A program made the translations under genes and the position numbers. Positions 36,543 through 45,717 of a DNA stretch of 64,000 nt are shown here, in pieces (positions within the stretch are counted from its first letter, which is position 1; each line of letters begins with the position of its first letter). This DNA comes from an uncultured Actinomycetota bacterium (GTDB lineage: Bacteria > Actinomycetota > Actinomycetes > Propionibacteriales > Nocardioidaceae), in assembly GCA_963785115.1 (NCBI GenBank), contig CAWATY010000007.1, forward strand, positions 192,408 through 256,407, read 5' to 3'. The notes below the pieces were generated by a model, which was given only the letters and a program-made list of their open reading frames with translations, was not told where the DNA came from and ran no database searches.

Positions 36543-37994
36543 ATGGCTCGCAAGGGGACGCGGCGCGGCGCGGACGCCGGCCAGGCAGACCTGGTCGTGG
36601 TCGCCAATCGGCTGCCGGTCGACCGCACGGTCGACGACGACGGCAGCACCAGCTGGCAGACGTCGCCGGGCGGGCTGGTGACCGCGCTCGAGCCGGTGAT
36701 GCGCTCCAACGACGGCGCCTGGATCGGCTGGCACGGCGGCGATGACGACGTGGACCCGTTCGAGCACGAGGGCCTGCAGCTGGTGCCGGTGGCCCTCGCG
36801 ACCGACGAGGTCGAGGAGTACTACGAGGGCTTCTCCAACGCCACGTTGTGGCCGCTCTACCACGACGTGATCGCGCCTCCGGAGTTCCACCGGGAGTGGT
36901 GGGACTCCTACGTCGCGGTCAACCGCCGCTTCGCCGAGCGCGCCGTCGAGGTCGCGGCCGAGGGCGCGGTCGTGTGGGTGCAGGACTACCAGCTGCAGCT
37001 GGTCCCCCAGATGCTGCGCGAGAAGCGCCCGGACCTGCGGATCGGCTTCTTCCTGCACATCCCGTTCCCGCCGATGGAGCTGTTCAGCCAGATCCCGTGG
37101 CGCCGGCAGCTGATCGAGGGCCTGCTCGGGGCCGACCTGGTGGGCTTCCAGCTGCCGGGGGCAGCGGCCAACTTCATCCGGCTGGTACGCAGCCGCGTGG
37201 GCCACAAGACGCACCGCGACTCGGTCTACCTGCCGGACGGGCGCACCGTGCTGGCCCGGGCGTACCCGATCTCGATCGACACCCAGGGCCTCGAGGACCT
37301 CGCTCGCCGCCCGGAGACGACCGCGCGGGCCGCCGAGATCCGCGAGCAGCTCGGCAACCCCCGCCAGGTGCTGCTGGGCGTCGACCGGCTCGACTACACC
37401 AAGGGCATCACCGAGCGGTTGCGCGCGTACGGCGAGCTGGTCGAGGACGAGGTCATCGATCCCGCCGAGACGGTGTTCGTGCAGGTCGCCACGCCGTCGC
37501 GGGAGCGGGTCGAGCAGTACCGGGTGCTGCGCGACGACATCGACCGGTTGGTGGGACGGATCAACGGCGAGCTCGGCCAGATCGGCGCGCCGCCGATCAC
37601 GTACCTGCACAGCTCCTACCCCCGCAGCGAGATGGCGGCGCTGTTCCGGGCGGCCGACGTCATGGTGGTGACGCCGCTGCGCGACGGGATGAACCTGGTG
37701 GCCAAGGAGTACGTCGCCTGTCGCTTCGAGGACGACGGCGCGCTGGTGCTCAGCGAGTTCGCCGGCGCGGCCGCCGAGCTCAAGCAGGCCTTCCACGTCA
37801 ACCCCTACGACATCAACGGCCTCAAGTCGGCGATGCTCGCCTCGCTGCGCTCCGACCCGCGCGACCTGGGTCGCCGGATGCGCGCGATGCGCAAGCAGGT
37901 GCGGGACAACGACATCGCCAAGTGGGCGTCCAGCTTCCTCGAGGAGCTGCGCCGCGACCACCCCCCGCACGGCAAGACCCCCCGCCCCGTCTGA
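36543..37994 (+). CDS. otsA: alpha,alpha-trehalose-phosphate synthase (UDP-forming)
   Basis: [13 protein letters not shown]...[12 protein letters not shown]...WIGWHG...[12 protein letters not shown]...[15 protein letters not shown]...FFLHIPFP...[15 protein letters not shown]. The GTG at 36507 is an alternative start. Confidence 0.93.
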   Translation: MARKGTRRGADAGQADLVVVANRLPVDRTVDDDGSTSWQTSPGGLVTALEPVMRSNDGAWIGWHGGDDDVDPFEHEGLQLVPVALATDEVEEYYEGFSNATLWPLYHDVIAPPEFHREWWDSYVAVNRRFAERAVEVAAEGAVVWVQDYQLQLVPQMLREKRPDLRIGFFLHIPFPPMELFSQIPWRRQLIEGLLGADLVGFQLPGAAANFIRLVRSRVGHKTHRDSVYLPDGRTVLARAYPISIDTQGLEDLARRPETTARAAEIREQLGNPRQVLLGVDRLDYTKGITERLRAYGELVEDEVIDPAETVFVQVATPSRERVEQYRVLRDDIDRLVGRINGELGQIGAPPITYLHSSYPRSEMAALFRAADVMVVTPLRDGMNLVAKEYVACRFEDDGALVLSEFAGAAAELKQAFHVNPYDINGLKSAMLASLRSDPRDLGRRMRAMRKQVRDNDIAKWASSFLEELRRDHPPHGKTPRPV

Positions 37995-38027
37995 CCTGGC
38001 GGTTGCACGCGGGACAGGACAACGGGC

Positions 38028-38047
38028 CGGCGTGGATGTCCACGCCG
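38028..38047. terminator. hairpin between convergent otsA and the protease gene
   Basis: cggcgtgga-tg-tccacgccg. Confidence 0.45.
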
Positions 38048-38096
38048 ACCCGCTGCCGGTCCCTCCGCGATGGTTGCCGCGGTGTCGGTGCCCGCC

Positions 38097-39782
38097 CTAG
38101 AGGGTGGCCCCGCAGTTGCCGCAGAACTTCTGTCCGGCGACGGCACGCGTCCCGCAGGTGCCGCAGAAGGCGTGTGCCTGCTCAGGCACGTGCGGCTGCT
38201 CCACCTGCTCCGTCTCCGGCTCCGAGCTGGCGGAGCTGAACCCGACCCGCTCGGACGTCGACGGCGTCGACGGCGTCGACGGTGGAGCCGGAGGCGCCGG
38301 AGGCGTGCTGGACGCCGTCGGCGCAGCCGGAGCCGGCGGGGTGGCCGGTGCCGGAGGCGTCGCCGCCTGCGGTGCCGGCGGCGCCTGGGCGGTCGCCGGG
38401 GCCACGTACGGACCCGCCGGTGCCGCCGAGGAGCTGGTCGTCGTCGGGGTCACTGGCGCGCCCGGCTGGGGAGCCCAGCCACCGTCGCCACCCGGGGCCT
38501 GACCGACCGGCATCGCTGGGCTCGGACCGCCCTGACCGCTCTGGCCCTTGCCCCGACGCGAGATCAGGAACACGACCAGGCCGAGAAGGACCAGGACACC
38601 GACGCCGATGCCACCGACCAGAGCGATCGGGAAACCGTCGCCGTCGTCAGCCGCAGCGGCGTCGTCGGAGGCCTCCTCCGGCAGCTGGTTGGCGTTGCCC
38701 AACATCTGCTGGGCCAGCTCGTGCGAAGGCTGCTGGCTGAGCACGTCCTCGAATGCGGCGATGGCCGCCTCCCGGTCCCCGGCGAAGTACGCGTCCAGGC
38801 CCTCGCGATAGGTGGTGTTGACGTCACCGATCTCATTCGTGGGCCCGACGTCGCTCAGGACCTCGGAGACGATGCTCGCGGAGCGGGCGAAGTTGAACTG
38901 CTGCGTCTCGCCCGACGGGCCGTAGCTGTTCAGGCCGATGACCTGCCCGTCGAGGTTGACCGTGGGGCCACCACTCATCCCACCGCTCATGGCGGTCGAC
39001 AGCTCGTAGACCTTGACGAGACCGTTCTGGGCGGTGGTCACCTGGCTGACGTTGCCTGGCTTGAAGCTCGGCGAGCCCAGCTTGGCGTCGCTGACCGCGC
39101 CGACCGATGCCGGGAAGCCGACGGACACGACGTCTGTCCCGGTGGTCACGTCGGCGTCGGGGGCGAGTTCGAGCGCGCTCAGGTCGGTCTCCTCGATCTT
39201 GAGGATCGCGCCGTCACCGGCGTCGAACGACTGGTACTTCAGCAGGCGCGCGGGGAGCGCCTTACCGGCTGAGATGCCAGAGGTCGCGACGCCCCACGCC
39301 ACGGACTGGGTGCGGTCAGGACGCCCGTGTGCGTCAGCGCCGTCGAGCCGCAGGTCGGGCAGGATCTCGTCGATCGAGTTGCCCGGCCCGTAGTAGTGCT
39401 TCTGCGCCCACTTCGCGGCCGAGACCAGCAGGAACTGCTCGAGGTCGTCGTCCTTGGGGTCGAAGCAGTGGCCGGCGCTGGCGATGTAGCCGTCGGGGTT
39501 GACGACGAAGCCGGTGCACTGGCCGCTCGCGGTGAAGGGCTGGTTGCGGATGTAGGCCTTGTTGTACGTGTCGTACACGTAGGCCGTCCAGGAGACCGAC
39601 ACGTACACGATGCTCGGCTCTACGTAGTAGACCATCTGCTCGGTGTCGGTGAACTCTTGCGGGTCTTCGGCGGTGGCGGTTTCCTCCGGCGTGGTCGGAG
39701 TGGTCTCGTCCGCCGAGGCGGCCGGGATCGTGAGCGCCAAGCCGAGCGAGGTGAGGGCTGCGATGGCGCAGAATCGCTTCAT
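38097..39782 (-). CDS. membrane-anchored trypsin-like serine protease (S1 family) with cytoplasmic Pro-rich tail and C-terminal double-CxxC zinc ribbon
   Basis: Signal peptide MKRFCAIAALTSLGLALTIPAASA. Triad contexts SAGHCF, DGAILKI and GMSGGP. TM segment FPIALVGGIGVGVLVLLGLVVFLISRR. C-terminal end FCGTCGTRAVAGQKFCGNCGATL. Confidence 0.85.
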   Translation of the reverse strand: MKRFCAIAALTSLGLALTIPAASADETTPTTPEETATAEDPQEFTDTEQMVYYVEPSIVYVSVSWTAYVYDTYNKAYIRNQPFTASGQCTGFVVNPDGYIASAGHCFDPKDDDLEQFLLVSAAKWAQKHYYGPGNSIDEILPDLRLDGADAHGRPDRTQSVAWGVATSGISAGKALPARLLKYQSFDAGDGAILKIEETDLSALELAPDADVTTGTDVVSVGFPASVGAVSDAKLGSPSFKPGNVSQVTTAQNGLVKVYELSTAMSGGMSGGPTVNLDGQVIGLNSYGPSGETQQFNFARSASIVSEVLSDVGPTNEIGDVNTTYREGLDAYFAGDREAAIAAFEDVLSQQPSHELAQQMLGNANQLPEEASDDAAAADDGDGFPIALVGGIGVGVLVLLGLVVFLISRRGKGQSGQGGPSPAMPVGQAPGGDGGWAPQPGAPVTPTTTSSSAAPAGPYVAPATAQAPPAPQAATPPAPATPPAPAAPTASSTPPAPPAPPSTPSTPSTSERVGFSSASSEPETEQVEQPHVPEQAHAFCGTCGTRAVAGQKFCGNCGATL

Positions 39783-39982
39783 GTGTGTGCTCCCTGGACG
39801 GAATGGGATGACCAGGGTCACAACAGACGCCACGCCGTACGACCGATTGAGGTCCAATGCCACCAACGGATCACCCGGGGTAGCCCCAATGGACTACCCC
39901 GAACTGCCACGAAAGGCTCATCGATCGGGCCCGGTCCTGAGACCTCGGCCGAGCTGGGTCACCCGTGATTGACTCAGCACCG

Positions 39983-40723
39983 ATGCGCATCGGGCTGTTC
40001 GTCACCTGTTTGGCCGACACGCTGTTCCCCTCGGTGGGTCAGGCCACGGTGCGGCTGCTGGAGCGGCTCGGCCACGAGGTGGTCTTCCCGCCGGAGCAGA
40101 CCTGCTGCGGGCAGATGCACGTCAACACCGGCTACCAGCGGCAGGCGCTGCCGCTGGTCCGCCACCACACCGAGGTGTTCGCCGGCTGCGACGTCGTGGT
40201 CGCCCCGTCCGGCTCGTGCGTCGGGTGCGTACGGCACCAGCACGCGATGGTGGCCGCGCGGTACGGCGACCCGGCGCTGGCCGAGGCCGCCGAGCGCGGC
40301 GCGGCGCGGACCTACGAGCTCTCCGAGCTGCTGGTCGACGTGCTCGGGGTCGACGACGTCGGCGCGTACTTCCCGCACCGGGTCACCTACCACCCGACCT
40401 GCCACTCGCTGCGGGTGCTGCGCGTCGACGACAAGCCGCTGCGACTCCTGCGGGCGGTGCGCGGCATCGACCTGGTCGAGCTGCCCGCGGCCGAGCAGTG
40501 CTGCGGCTTCGGAGGGACGTTCGCGGTCAAGAACGCCGACACCTCGACGGCGATGCTCGCCGACAAGATGCGGCACGTGGTCGGCACCGGCGCCGACGTG
40601 CTGACCGCGGGCGACTCGTCCTGCCTGATGCACATCGGCGGCGGGCTCTCCCGGCTGCGGACCGGCACCCGGACGCTGCACCTCGCCGAGGTGCTCGCGG
40701 CGACCGAGGAGGCACCCGGATGA
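39983..40723 (+). CDS. lutA: (Fe-S)-binding CCG-domain protein LutA
   Basis: MRIGLFVTCLADTLFPSVGQATVRLLERLGHEVVFPPEQTCCGQMH...CCGFGGTFAVKN. The GTG at 39965 is an alternative start. Confidence 0.9.
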   Translation: MRIGLFVTCLADTLFPSVGQATVRLLERLGHEVVFPPEQTCCGQMHVNTGYQRQALPLVRHHTEVFAGCDVVVAPSGSCVGCVRHQHAMVAARYGDPALAEAAERGAARTYELSELLVDVLGVDDVGAYFPHRVTYHPTCHSLRVLRVDDKPLRLLRAVRGIDLVELPAAEQCCGFGGTFAVKNADTSTAMLADKMRHVVGTGADVLTAGDSSCLMHIGGGLSRLRTGTRTLHLAEVLAATEEAPG

Positions 40724-42189
40724 GCGAGACCTTCCTGGGGCTCCCCACCGCGCCGCGCGGTGTCGGCAAGCTGCGCGGTGACGTGTCGTTCCCCGAGGCG
40801 GCGCGCATCGCGCTCGGCGACTCCCAGCTGCGGCACAACCTGACCCATGCGACGACGACGATCCGCGCCAAGCGCGCCCGGGTCGTGGGCGAGGTCGACG
40901 ACTGGGAGCAGCTGCGGCTGTCCGCCGAGGCGATCAAGGCCAGCACGATGGCCCGCCTCGACGAGCACCTGGTCCGGCTGGAGGAGCAGGTCACCGCCCA
41001 CGGCGGAGTGGTGCACTGGGCCCGCGACGCCAACGAGGCCAACCGCATCGTCACCGACATCGTCCGCGACACCGGCCACACCGAGGTGGTCAAGGTCAAG
41101 TCGATCGCGACCCAGGAGATCGGTCTCAACGAGGCCCTGGCCGACGCCGGCATCGCCGCGTACGAGACAGACCTCGCCGAGCTGATCGTGCAGCTCGGCG
41201 ACGACTGGCCGAGCCACATCCTGGTGCCGGCGATCCACCGCAACCGCTCGGAGATCCGCGACATCTTCCTGCGCGAGATGGTCGGGGTCGACCCCGCACT
41301 CACCGACGACCCGCCAGCCCTCGCCGAGGCGGCGCGCAAGCACCTGCGGGCGAAGTTCCTCTCCGCCAAGGTTGCGATCAGCGGCGCCAACTTCGCGATC
41401 GCCGAGACCGGCACCACGATGGTGGTCGAGTCGGAGGGCAACGGGCGGATGTGCCTGACCCTGCCCGACACCCTGATCACCGTGATGGGCGTGGAGAAGC
41501 TGCTGCCCAGCTGGCGCGACCTCGAGGTGTTCCTGCAGCTGCTGCCGCGCTCGTCCACCGGCGAGCGGATGAACCCGTACACGTCGATGTGGACCGGCGT
41601 CACACCCGGCGACGGCCCGCAGGCGTTCCACCTGGTGCTGCTCGACAACGGCCGCACCCACGTGCTCGCCGACGCGGTCGGCCGGCAGGCACTGCACTGC
41701 ATCCGCTGCAGCGCGTGCCTCAACGTCTGCCCGGTCTACGAGCGGACCGGCGGGCACAGCTACGGCTCGGTCTACCCCGGCCCGATCGGGGCGGTGCTGT
41801 CGCCGCAGCTGACCGGCGTCGAGGACAACGCGAGCCTGCCGTACGCCTCCAGCCTCTGCGGTGCGTGCTTCGACGCCTGCCCCGTTCGCATCGACATCCC
41901 GGCGGTGCTGGTCGACCTCCGCCGCCAGCACGTCGAGGCGGTGGCGGAGAAGTCCGTCCCCTCGGCGGAGTCGGTCGCGATGGCGGCGGCGGCGTGGACG
42001 ATGGGCGACGCGAAACGCTTCCGCCGTGCCGGACGCGCCGGCCGGGTCGGCAGGCTCTTCGCCCGGCGCGGGCGGATCGGCACGCTGCCGCCTCCGCTGT
42101 CGGCCTGGACCCGCAGCCGCGACGTCCCCACCCCGCCACGAGAGACGTTCCGGGACTGGTGGACGCGGACCCGGGGGCCGGACCGATGA
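40720..42189 (+). CDS. lutB: LutB/LldF-family lactate-utilisation iron-sulfur protein
   Basis: ATGA overlap. ISGANFAIAETGTTMVVESEGNGRM...CIRCSACLNVCPVY...SLCGACFDACPVRIDIP. Confidence 0.92.
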   Translation: MSETFLGLPTAPRGVGKLRGDVSFPEAARIALGDSQLRHNLTHATTTIRAKRARVVGEVDDWEQLRLSAEAIKASTMARLDEHLVRLEEQVTAHGGVVHWARDANEANRIVTDIVRDTGHTEVVKVKSIATQEIGLNEALADAGIAAYETDLAELIVQLGDDWPSHILVPAIHRNRSEIRDIFLREMVGVDPALTDDPPALAEAARKHLRAKFLSAKVAISGANFAIAETGTTMVVESEGNGRMCLTLPDTLITVMGVEKLLPSWRDLEVFLQLLPRSSTGERMNPYTSMWTGVTPGDGPQAFHLVLLDNGRTHVLADAVGRQALHCIRCSACLNVCPVYERTGGHSYGSVYPGPIGAVLSPQLTGVEDNASLPYASSLCGACFDACPVRIDIPAVLVDLRRQHVEAVAEKSVPSAESVAMAAAAWTMGDAKRFRRAGRAGRVGRLFARRGRIGTLPPPLSAWTRSRDVPTPPRETFRDWWTRTRGPDR

Positions 42190-42818
42190 GCGGCGCCCGC
42201 GAGGAGATGCTGGCGCGGATCCGCACCGCCAACGCCGACGCGACCGCGGTGGCACCGACAGTGCCGCGCGACTACGCCGACGGCGGCACGTACCCGCCCG
42301 GCTCGGCCGAGGCCGTCGAGCTCCTGGCCGACCGGCTGGTCGACTACAAGGCCACCGTCACCCGCGTCGACGGTGCCGACGTCGCGGACGCCGTGCGGGA
42401 GGCGCTCGGTGACGCGCGCCGCTACGTCGTGCCACCCGGCCTGCCCGCGGAATGGATTCCGACCGTGGGTCCGGAGGCGATCACCGACGAGGGGGCCATG
42501 ACGCCGGCCGACCTCGACGAGATGGACGCCGTGGTCACCGCCGCCACCGTGGCCTGCGCGGTCACCGGCACCATCGTGCTCGACGGCTCCTCCGACCAGG
42601 GCAGGCGCGCGATCACGCTGGTCCCCGACCTGTACGTCTGCGTGGTGCGGCACGACCAGGTGGTGCACTCGGTGCCCGAGATGCTGACCCGGGTCGAGCC
42701 CACCCGTCCGCTCACCCTGGTGAGCGGACCGTCGGCGACCAGCGACATCGAGCTCGAGCGGGTCGAGGGCGTGCACGGACCGCGCACCCTGCACGTGGTC
42801 CTCGTGTCCGGGTCGTGA
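42186..42818 (+). CDS. lutC: LUD-domain protein LutC
   Basis: ATGA overlap. MSGAREEMLARIRTA...TAATVACAVTGTIVLDGS...LVPDLYVCVV...SGPSATSDIE. Confidence 0.85.
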   Translation: MSGAREEMLARIRTANADATAVAPTVPRDYADGGTYPPGSAEAVELLADRLVDYKATVTRVDGADVADAVREALGDARRYVVPPGLPAEWIPTVGPEAITDEGAMTPADLDEMDAVVTAATVACAVTGTIVLDGSSDQGRRAITLVPDLYVCVVRHDQVVHSVPEMLTRVEPTRPLTLVSGPSATSDIELERVEGVHGPRTLHVVLVSGS

Positions 42819-42864
42819 CCGACTAAGTCCCAACGCCTGCTGCGAAGTCGGCGTCTCACCTGGC

Positions 42865-44043
42865 ATGAGACGACTGCACACGACGACCGTGCTCGCGACG
42901 TCGATGGGCCTGATCGCCCTCGCCGTCGCGGCGTGCGGCCCCGAGACCGACGACACCGACAGCCCGGCTGCGGCCGGCGACGGCGGCACGGAGAGCGCAC
43001 CGCCCGCCCGGCTGACCAGCAGCATCGACTCGGCGATGTTGCAGGCCGCGCACCGCGCGCGGGTGCACGTGACGGGAGGCGAGCTCACCGACGTCTCACT
43101 GCACGCCGTCGGTTCGTCGGTCGACGTGGCCGGCAGCCTGTCCGGTGACACCTGGCGGCAGACCGACCCGCTGGTGCCCGCGACGCGGTACGTGCTCGAG
43201 GCGGCGGCGGTCAACGCCGACGACCGAGGGACGCACCGGTCCTGGTGGTTTCGTACTGCCGAGCCCGCGGTCACCGACCTGCCCGCTGTGAGCCCGCTGG
43301 CCGGTAGCGAGGTCGGCGTCGGCCACCCAGTGGTCGTGTCCTTCGACCACCCGGTCACCGACAAGAGCGCTGTCGAGGCGGGGCTGGAGGTCCGTACCAG
43401 CCGTCCGGTCACGGGCGCCTGGGGCTGGCTCGACGACGAGACCGTCGCCTGGCGACCTCGCGAGTTCTGGCCTGGGCAGACCGATGTCAGCGTCCGGCTC
43501 GACCTCGCCGGCACCGAGCTGCGGCCAGGGGTGTGGGTGATGGAGGACCGGCGGATCGACTTCCGGGTCGGGCGCGAGCAGGTGCTGCGCATCACCGACG
43601 CCACGCACACGATGACCGTCGAGCGTGCCGGCGAGACGATCCGCACCATGCCTGTGTCGCTCGGCAAGCCCGGCTTCACCACCCGCTCGGGCGTGAAGGT
43701 GATCATGACCCGGCAGCTCGAGGAGCGGATGACGTCGGTCGAGACCACCGGCCCGAACGCGTACGACGTCGTGGTCCCGTACGCCATGCGCATGACGACG
43801 TCTGGTGAGTTCCTGCACGCGGCACCGTGGTCGGAGTGGGCGCAGGGCAGCCAGAACGTCTCGCACGGTTGCACGAACGTGTCGTGGGACGACGGCATCT
43901 GGCTGTACGAGAACACGTTGGTGGGCGACCCGGTCGTGACGAACGGCACCGGCCGGCCGACGGAGACCTGGAACGGTCTGGGCGGTTTGTGGAACTTCAG
44001 CTGGGACGAGTGGCAGCAGCGGTCCGCCGGCGCACAGTCTTGA
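42865..44043 (+). CDS. L,D-transpeptidase lipoprotein (YkuD domain, LdtMt-like with Ig-like N-terminal domains)
   Basis: Lipobox LIALAVAAC. Catalytic context SGEFLHAAPWS...NVSHGCTNVS. Confidence 0.88.
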   Translation: MRRLHTTTVLATSMGLIALAVAACGPETDDTDSPAAAGDGGTESAPPARLTSSIDSAMLQAAHRARVHVTGGELTDVSLHAVGSSVDVAGSLSGDTWRQTDPLVPATRYVLEAAAVNADDRGTHRSWWFRTAEPAVTDLPAVSPLAGSEVGVGHPVVVSFDHPVTDKSAVEAGLEVRTSRPVTGAWGWLDDETVAWRPREFWPGQTDVSVRLDLAGTELRPGVWVMEDRRIDFRVGREQVLRITDATHTMTVERAGETIRTMPVSLGKPGFTTRSGVKVIMTRQLEERMTSVETTGPNAYDVVVPYAMRMTTSGEFLHAAPWSEWAQGSQNVSHGCTNVSWDDGIWLYENTLVGDPVVTNGTGRPTETWNGLGGLWNFSWDEWQQRSAGAQS

Positions 44044-44075
44044 CAGCCCTCGGGGGCCGGGAGTACGGCTGACGG

Positions 44076-44273
44076 ATGCCCGAACCGCGATCCCGCAAGG
44101 ACCGGACGCCGAAGACCAAGCGCGCCCCGCACGCGGACCTGAGCGACTTCGCCGAGTGGGTGGGCCGGCAGGGCCGGAGCAGGCCGGGCGACGAGGGCGA
44201 GAGCCCGCCGCCACCGCCCGACGACCAGCGTGAGCCCCGGGTGCACGGCAGCGACGCCGAGGTGCGGAAGTGA
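44076..44273 (+). CDS. small charged hypothetical protein (65 aa)
   Basis: ATG start, high GC3, and a stop that overlaps the next start (GTGA). No recognisable motif. Confidence 0.3.
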   Translation: MPEPRSRKDRTPKTKRAPHADLSDFAEWVGRQGRSRPGDEGESPPPPPDDQREPRVHGSDAEVRK

Positions 44274-44833
44274 TCCCGTACCTGCACAGCTACGTCAACA
44301 GCCGCGATGACGTCGACTGGAACACCTGTGGCCAGGCGGCGATCGCCACGATGGTCGACTACTGGGGCAAGGACCCGTGGGACCTCGAGCGTCGCGAGCG
44401 CGACCCGGAGAACGACCGGTGGTACTGGGACGACGGCGCGGCGATCGACGCGGTCAAGAAGGATGGGTACGACTCCGACGTCGTGTTCGGCTGGGGCACC
44501 ACCGGCAACCGGATCAAGGACGCGCTCAAGCACTACGGGCTGAGCGCGTCGGTCGGCTACTCCGGCTTCGCGTCGTGGGGGTGGCAGGACCGCTGGAAGT
44601 CGGTGCAGTCATACGTGCAGAAGAACCGGCCGGTGCCGGTGATGATCGACCTCGGCGCCATCGGCGGGCCGGACTGGACCGCGCACTGGGCGATTTGTTA
44701 CCGCGTTGACGACGGCCGGGTCTACCTCGGCAACTGCTCGTGGAACGAGTCGCCCACGACCGACGACTTCCTGGACGCGTGGCGGGCGTGGTTCCTGCCG
44801 CACGGGTTCAACCACTGCGCGGTGTTCTGCTGA
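44270..44833 (+). CDS. papain-fold cysteine peptidase, C39-like (Peptidase_C39_2-type), no signal peptide
   Basis: NTCGQAAIATMVDYW is the putative nucleophile context and DWTAHWAICYRVDDGRVYLGN the putative His/Asp-Asn context. Codon usage is lower in GC than the neighbours. Confidence 0.6.
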   Translation: MIPYLHSYVNSRDDVDWNTCGQAAIATMVDYWGKDPWDLERRERDPENDRWYWDDGAAIDAVKKDGYDSDVVFGWGTTGNRIKDALKHYGLSASVGYSGFASWGWQDRWKSVQSYVQKNRPVPVMIDLGAIGGPDWTAHWAICYRVDDGRVYLGNCSWNESPTTDDFLDAWRAWFLPHGFNHCAVFC

Positions 44834-44837
44834 CCGG

Positions 44838-45587
44838 TCACCCGACCTCCGGATCGGGCGCGAGGACGGCAATCCGCGCCGGGTCGGCGACGAGGGTCTG
44901 AGCGAGCTCGCTGACGCGCAGGTGGTTGCGCCGCGCATGTGCGCGCATCAGCTCGAAGGCTCGGTCGACGCTCACCCCGAGCACCTGGGCAACCGCTCCC
45001 TTGGCCTGCTCGATGGCGATGCGACTCGTCAGCGCGAACTGCAGCTGGTGAACGAGATCCTGCTCGCCCTGGATGGTCCGATCCTGGATGAGCCGGATGG
45101 CGGTCAGCGAGCCCAGCGACGCGGCGATCTGGACGTCGTCGGGCTCCAGCTCGCGGGCGTCGTTGTGCACCAGGCTCATCGCACCGACGACGGCGTCGTC
45201 GTTGGGTCTCCGCAGCGGGATGGCGTGCACCGCCTGGACGTCGGCGCCCAGTGCCATCGGCGCGAACCGCGGCCACCGGTCGGCCGCCTGGGCGAGGTTC
45301 GTGTTCACGACAGGCTCCCCGGACTTGAAGCAGTCGAGGCACGGTCCTTCTTCGTGCTGCAGCTGGAAAAGCTCGAGCATGGTCGTGGCCTCGTCGGAGC
45401 CGGCCACGAACCGCAGCTGCCCGGTGCGGTCGGCGAGCAGCATCCCGGCCGCGTCGGACTGCATCACCTCGGCCACGCGCAGGGTGACCAGCCGGAGATA
45501 CGCGCTGAGGTCGACTGTGTCCTCGGGAGGGTCAGCAAGCTCCACGAACACTTCGGCGAGCCGTACGGCTGAGACCGTCACGGACAC
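44838..45587 (-). CDS. GAF and ANTAR domain-containing RNA-binding regulator
   Basis: GAF-like segment AAGMLLADRTGQLRFVAGSDE...GPCLDCFKSGEPV...AVHAIPL. ANTAR segment LQFALTSRIAIEQAKGAVAQVLGVSVDRAFELMRAHARRNHLRVSELAQTLV. Confidence 0.85.
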   Translation of the reverse strand: MSVTVSAVRLAEVFVELADPPEDTVDLSAYLRLVTLRVAEVMQSDAAGMLLADRTGQLRFVAGSDEATTMLELFQLQHEEGPCLDCFKSGEPVVNTNLAQAADRWPRFAPMALGADVQAVHAIPLRRPNDDAVVGAMSLVHNDARELEPDDVQIAASLGSLTAIRLIQDRTIQGEQDLVHQLQFALTSRIAIEQAKGAVAQVLGVSVDRAFELMRAHARRNHLRVSELAQTLVADPARIAVLAPDPEVG

Positions 45588-45717
45588 CTCCTCTGGCGGG
45601 CGAGCCTATGCGAGGACTGAAGTTCGGCCACCTCAGGACAGGCGACCTCGCCGCAGGACCGCTGGGAGCGTCGGCAAGGCCCTACCCCGCCGCGATGCTG
45701 CGGAGCACAATGACGGG

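Noticed and set aside
45588-45717. ANTAR dual-hairpin target in the GAF-ANTAR/cyclase intergenic region
   Set aside because: Only weak 4-5-bp stems are present (e.g. CCGC-GATGCT-GCGG). The hexaloops do not show the conserved A1/G4 pattern in tandem.
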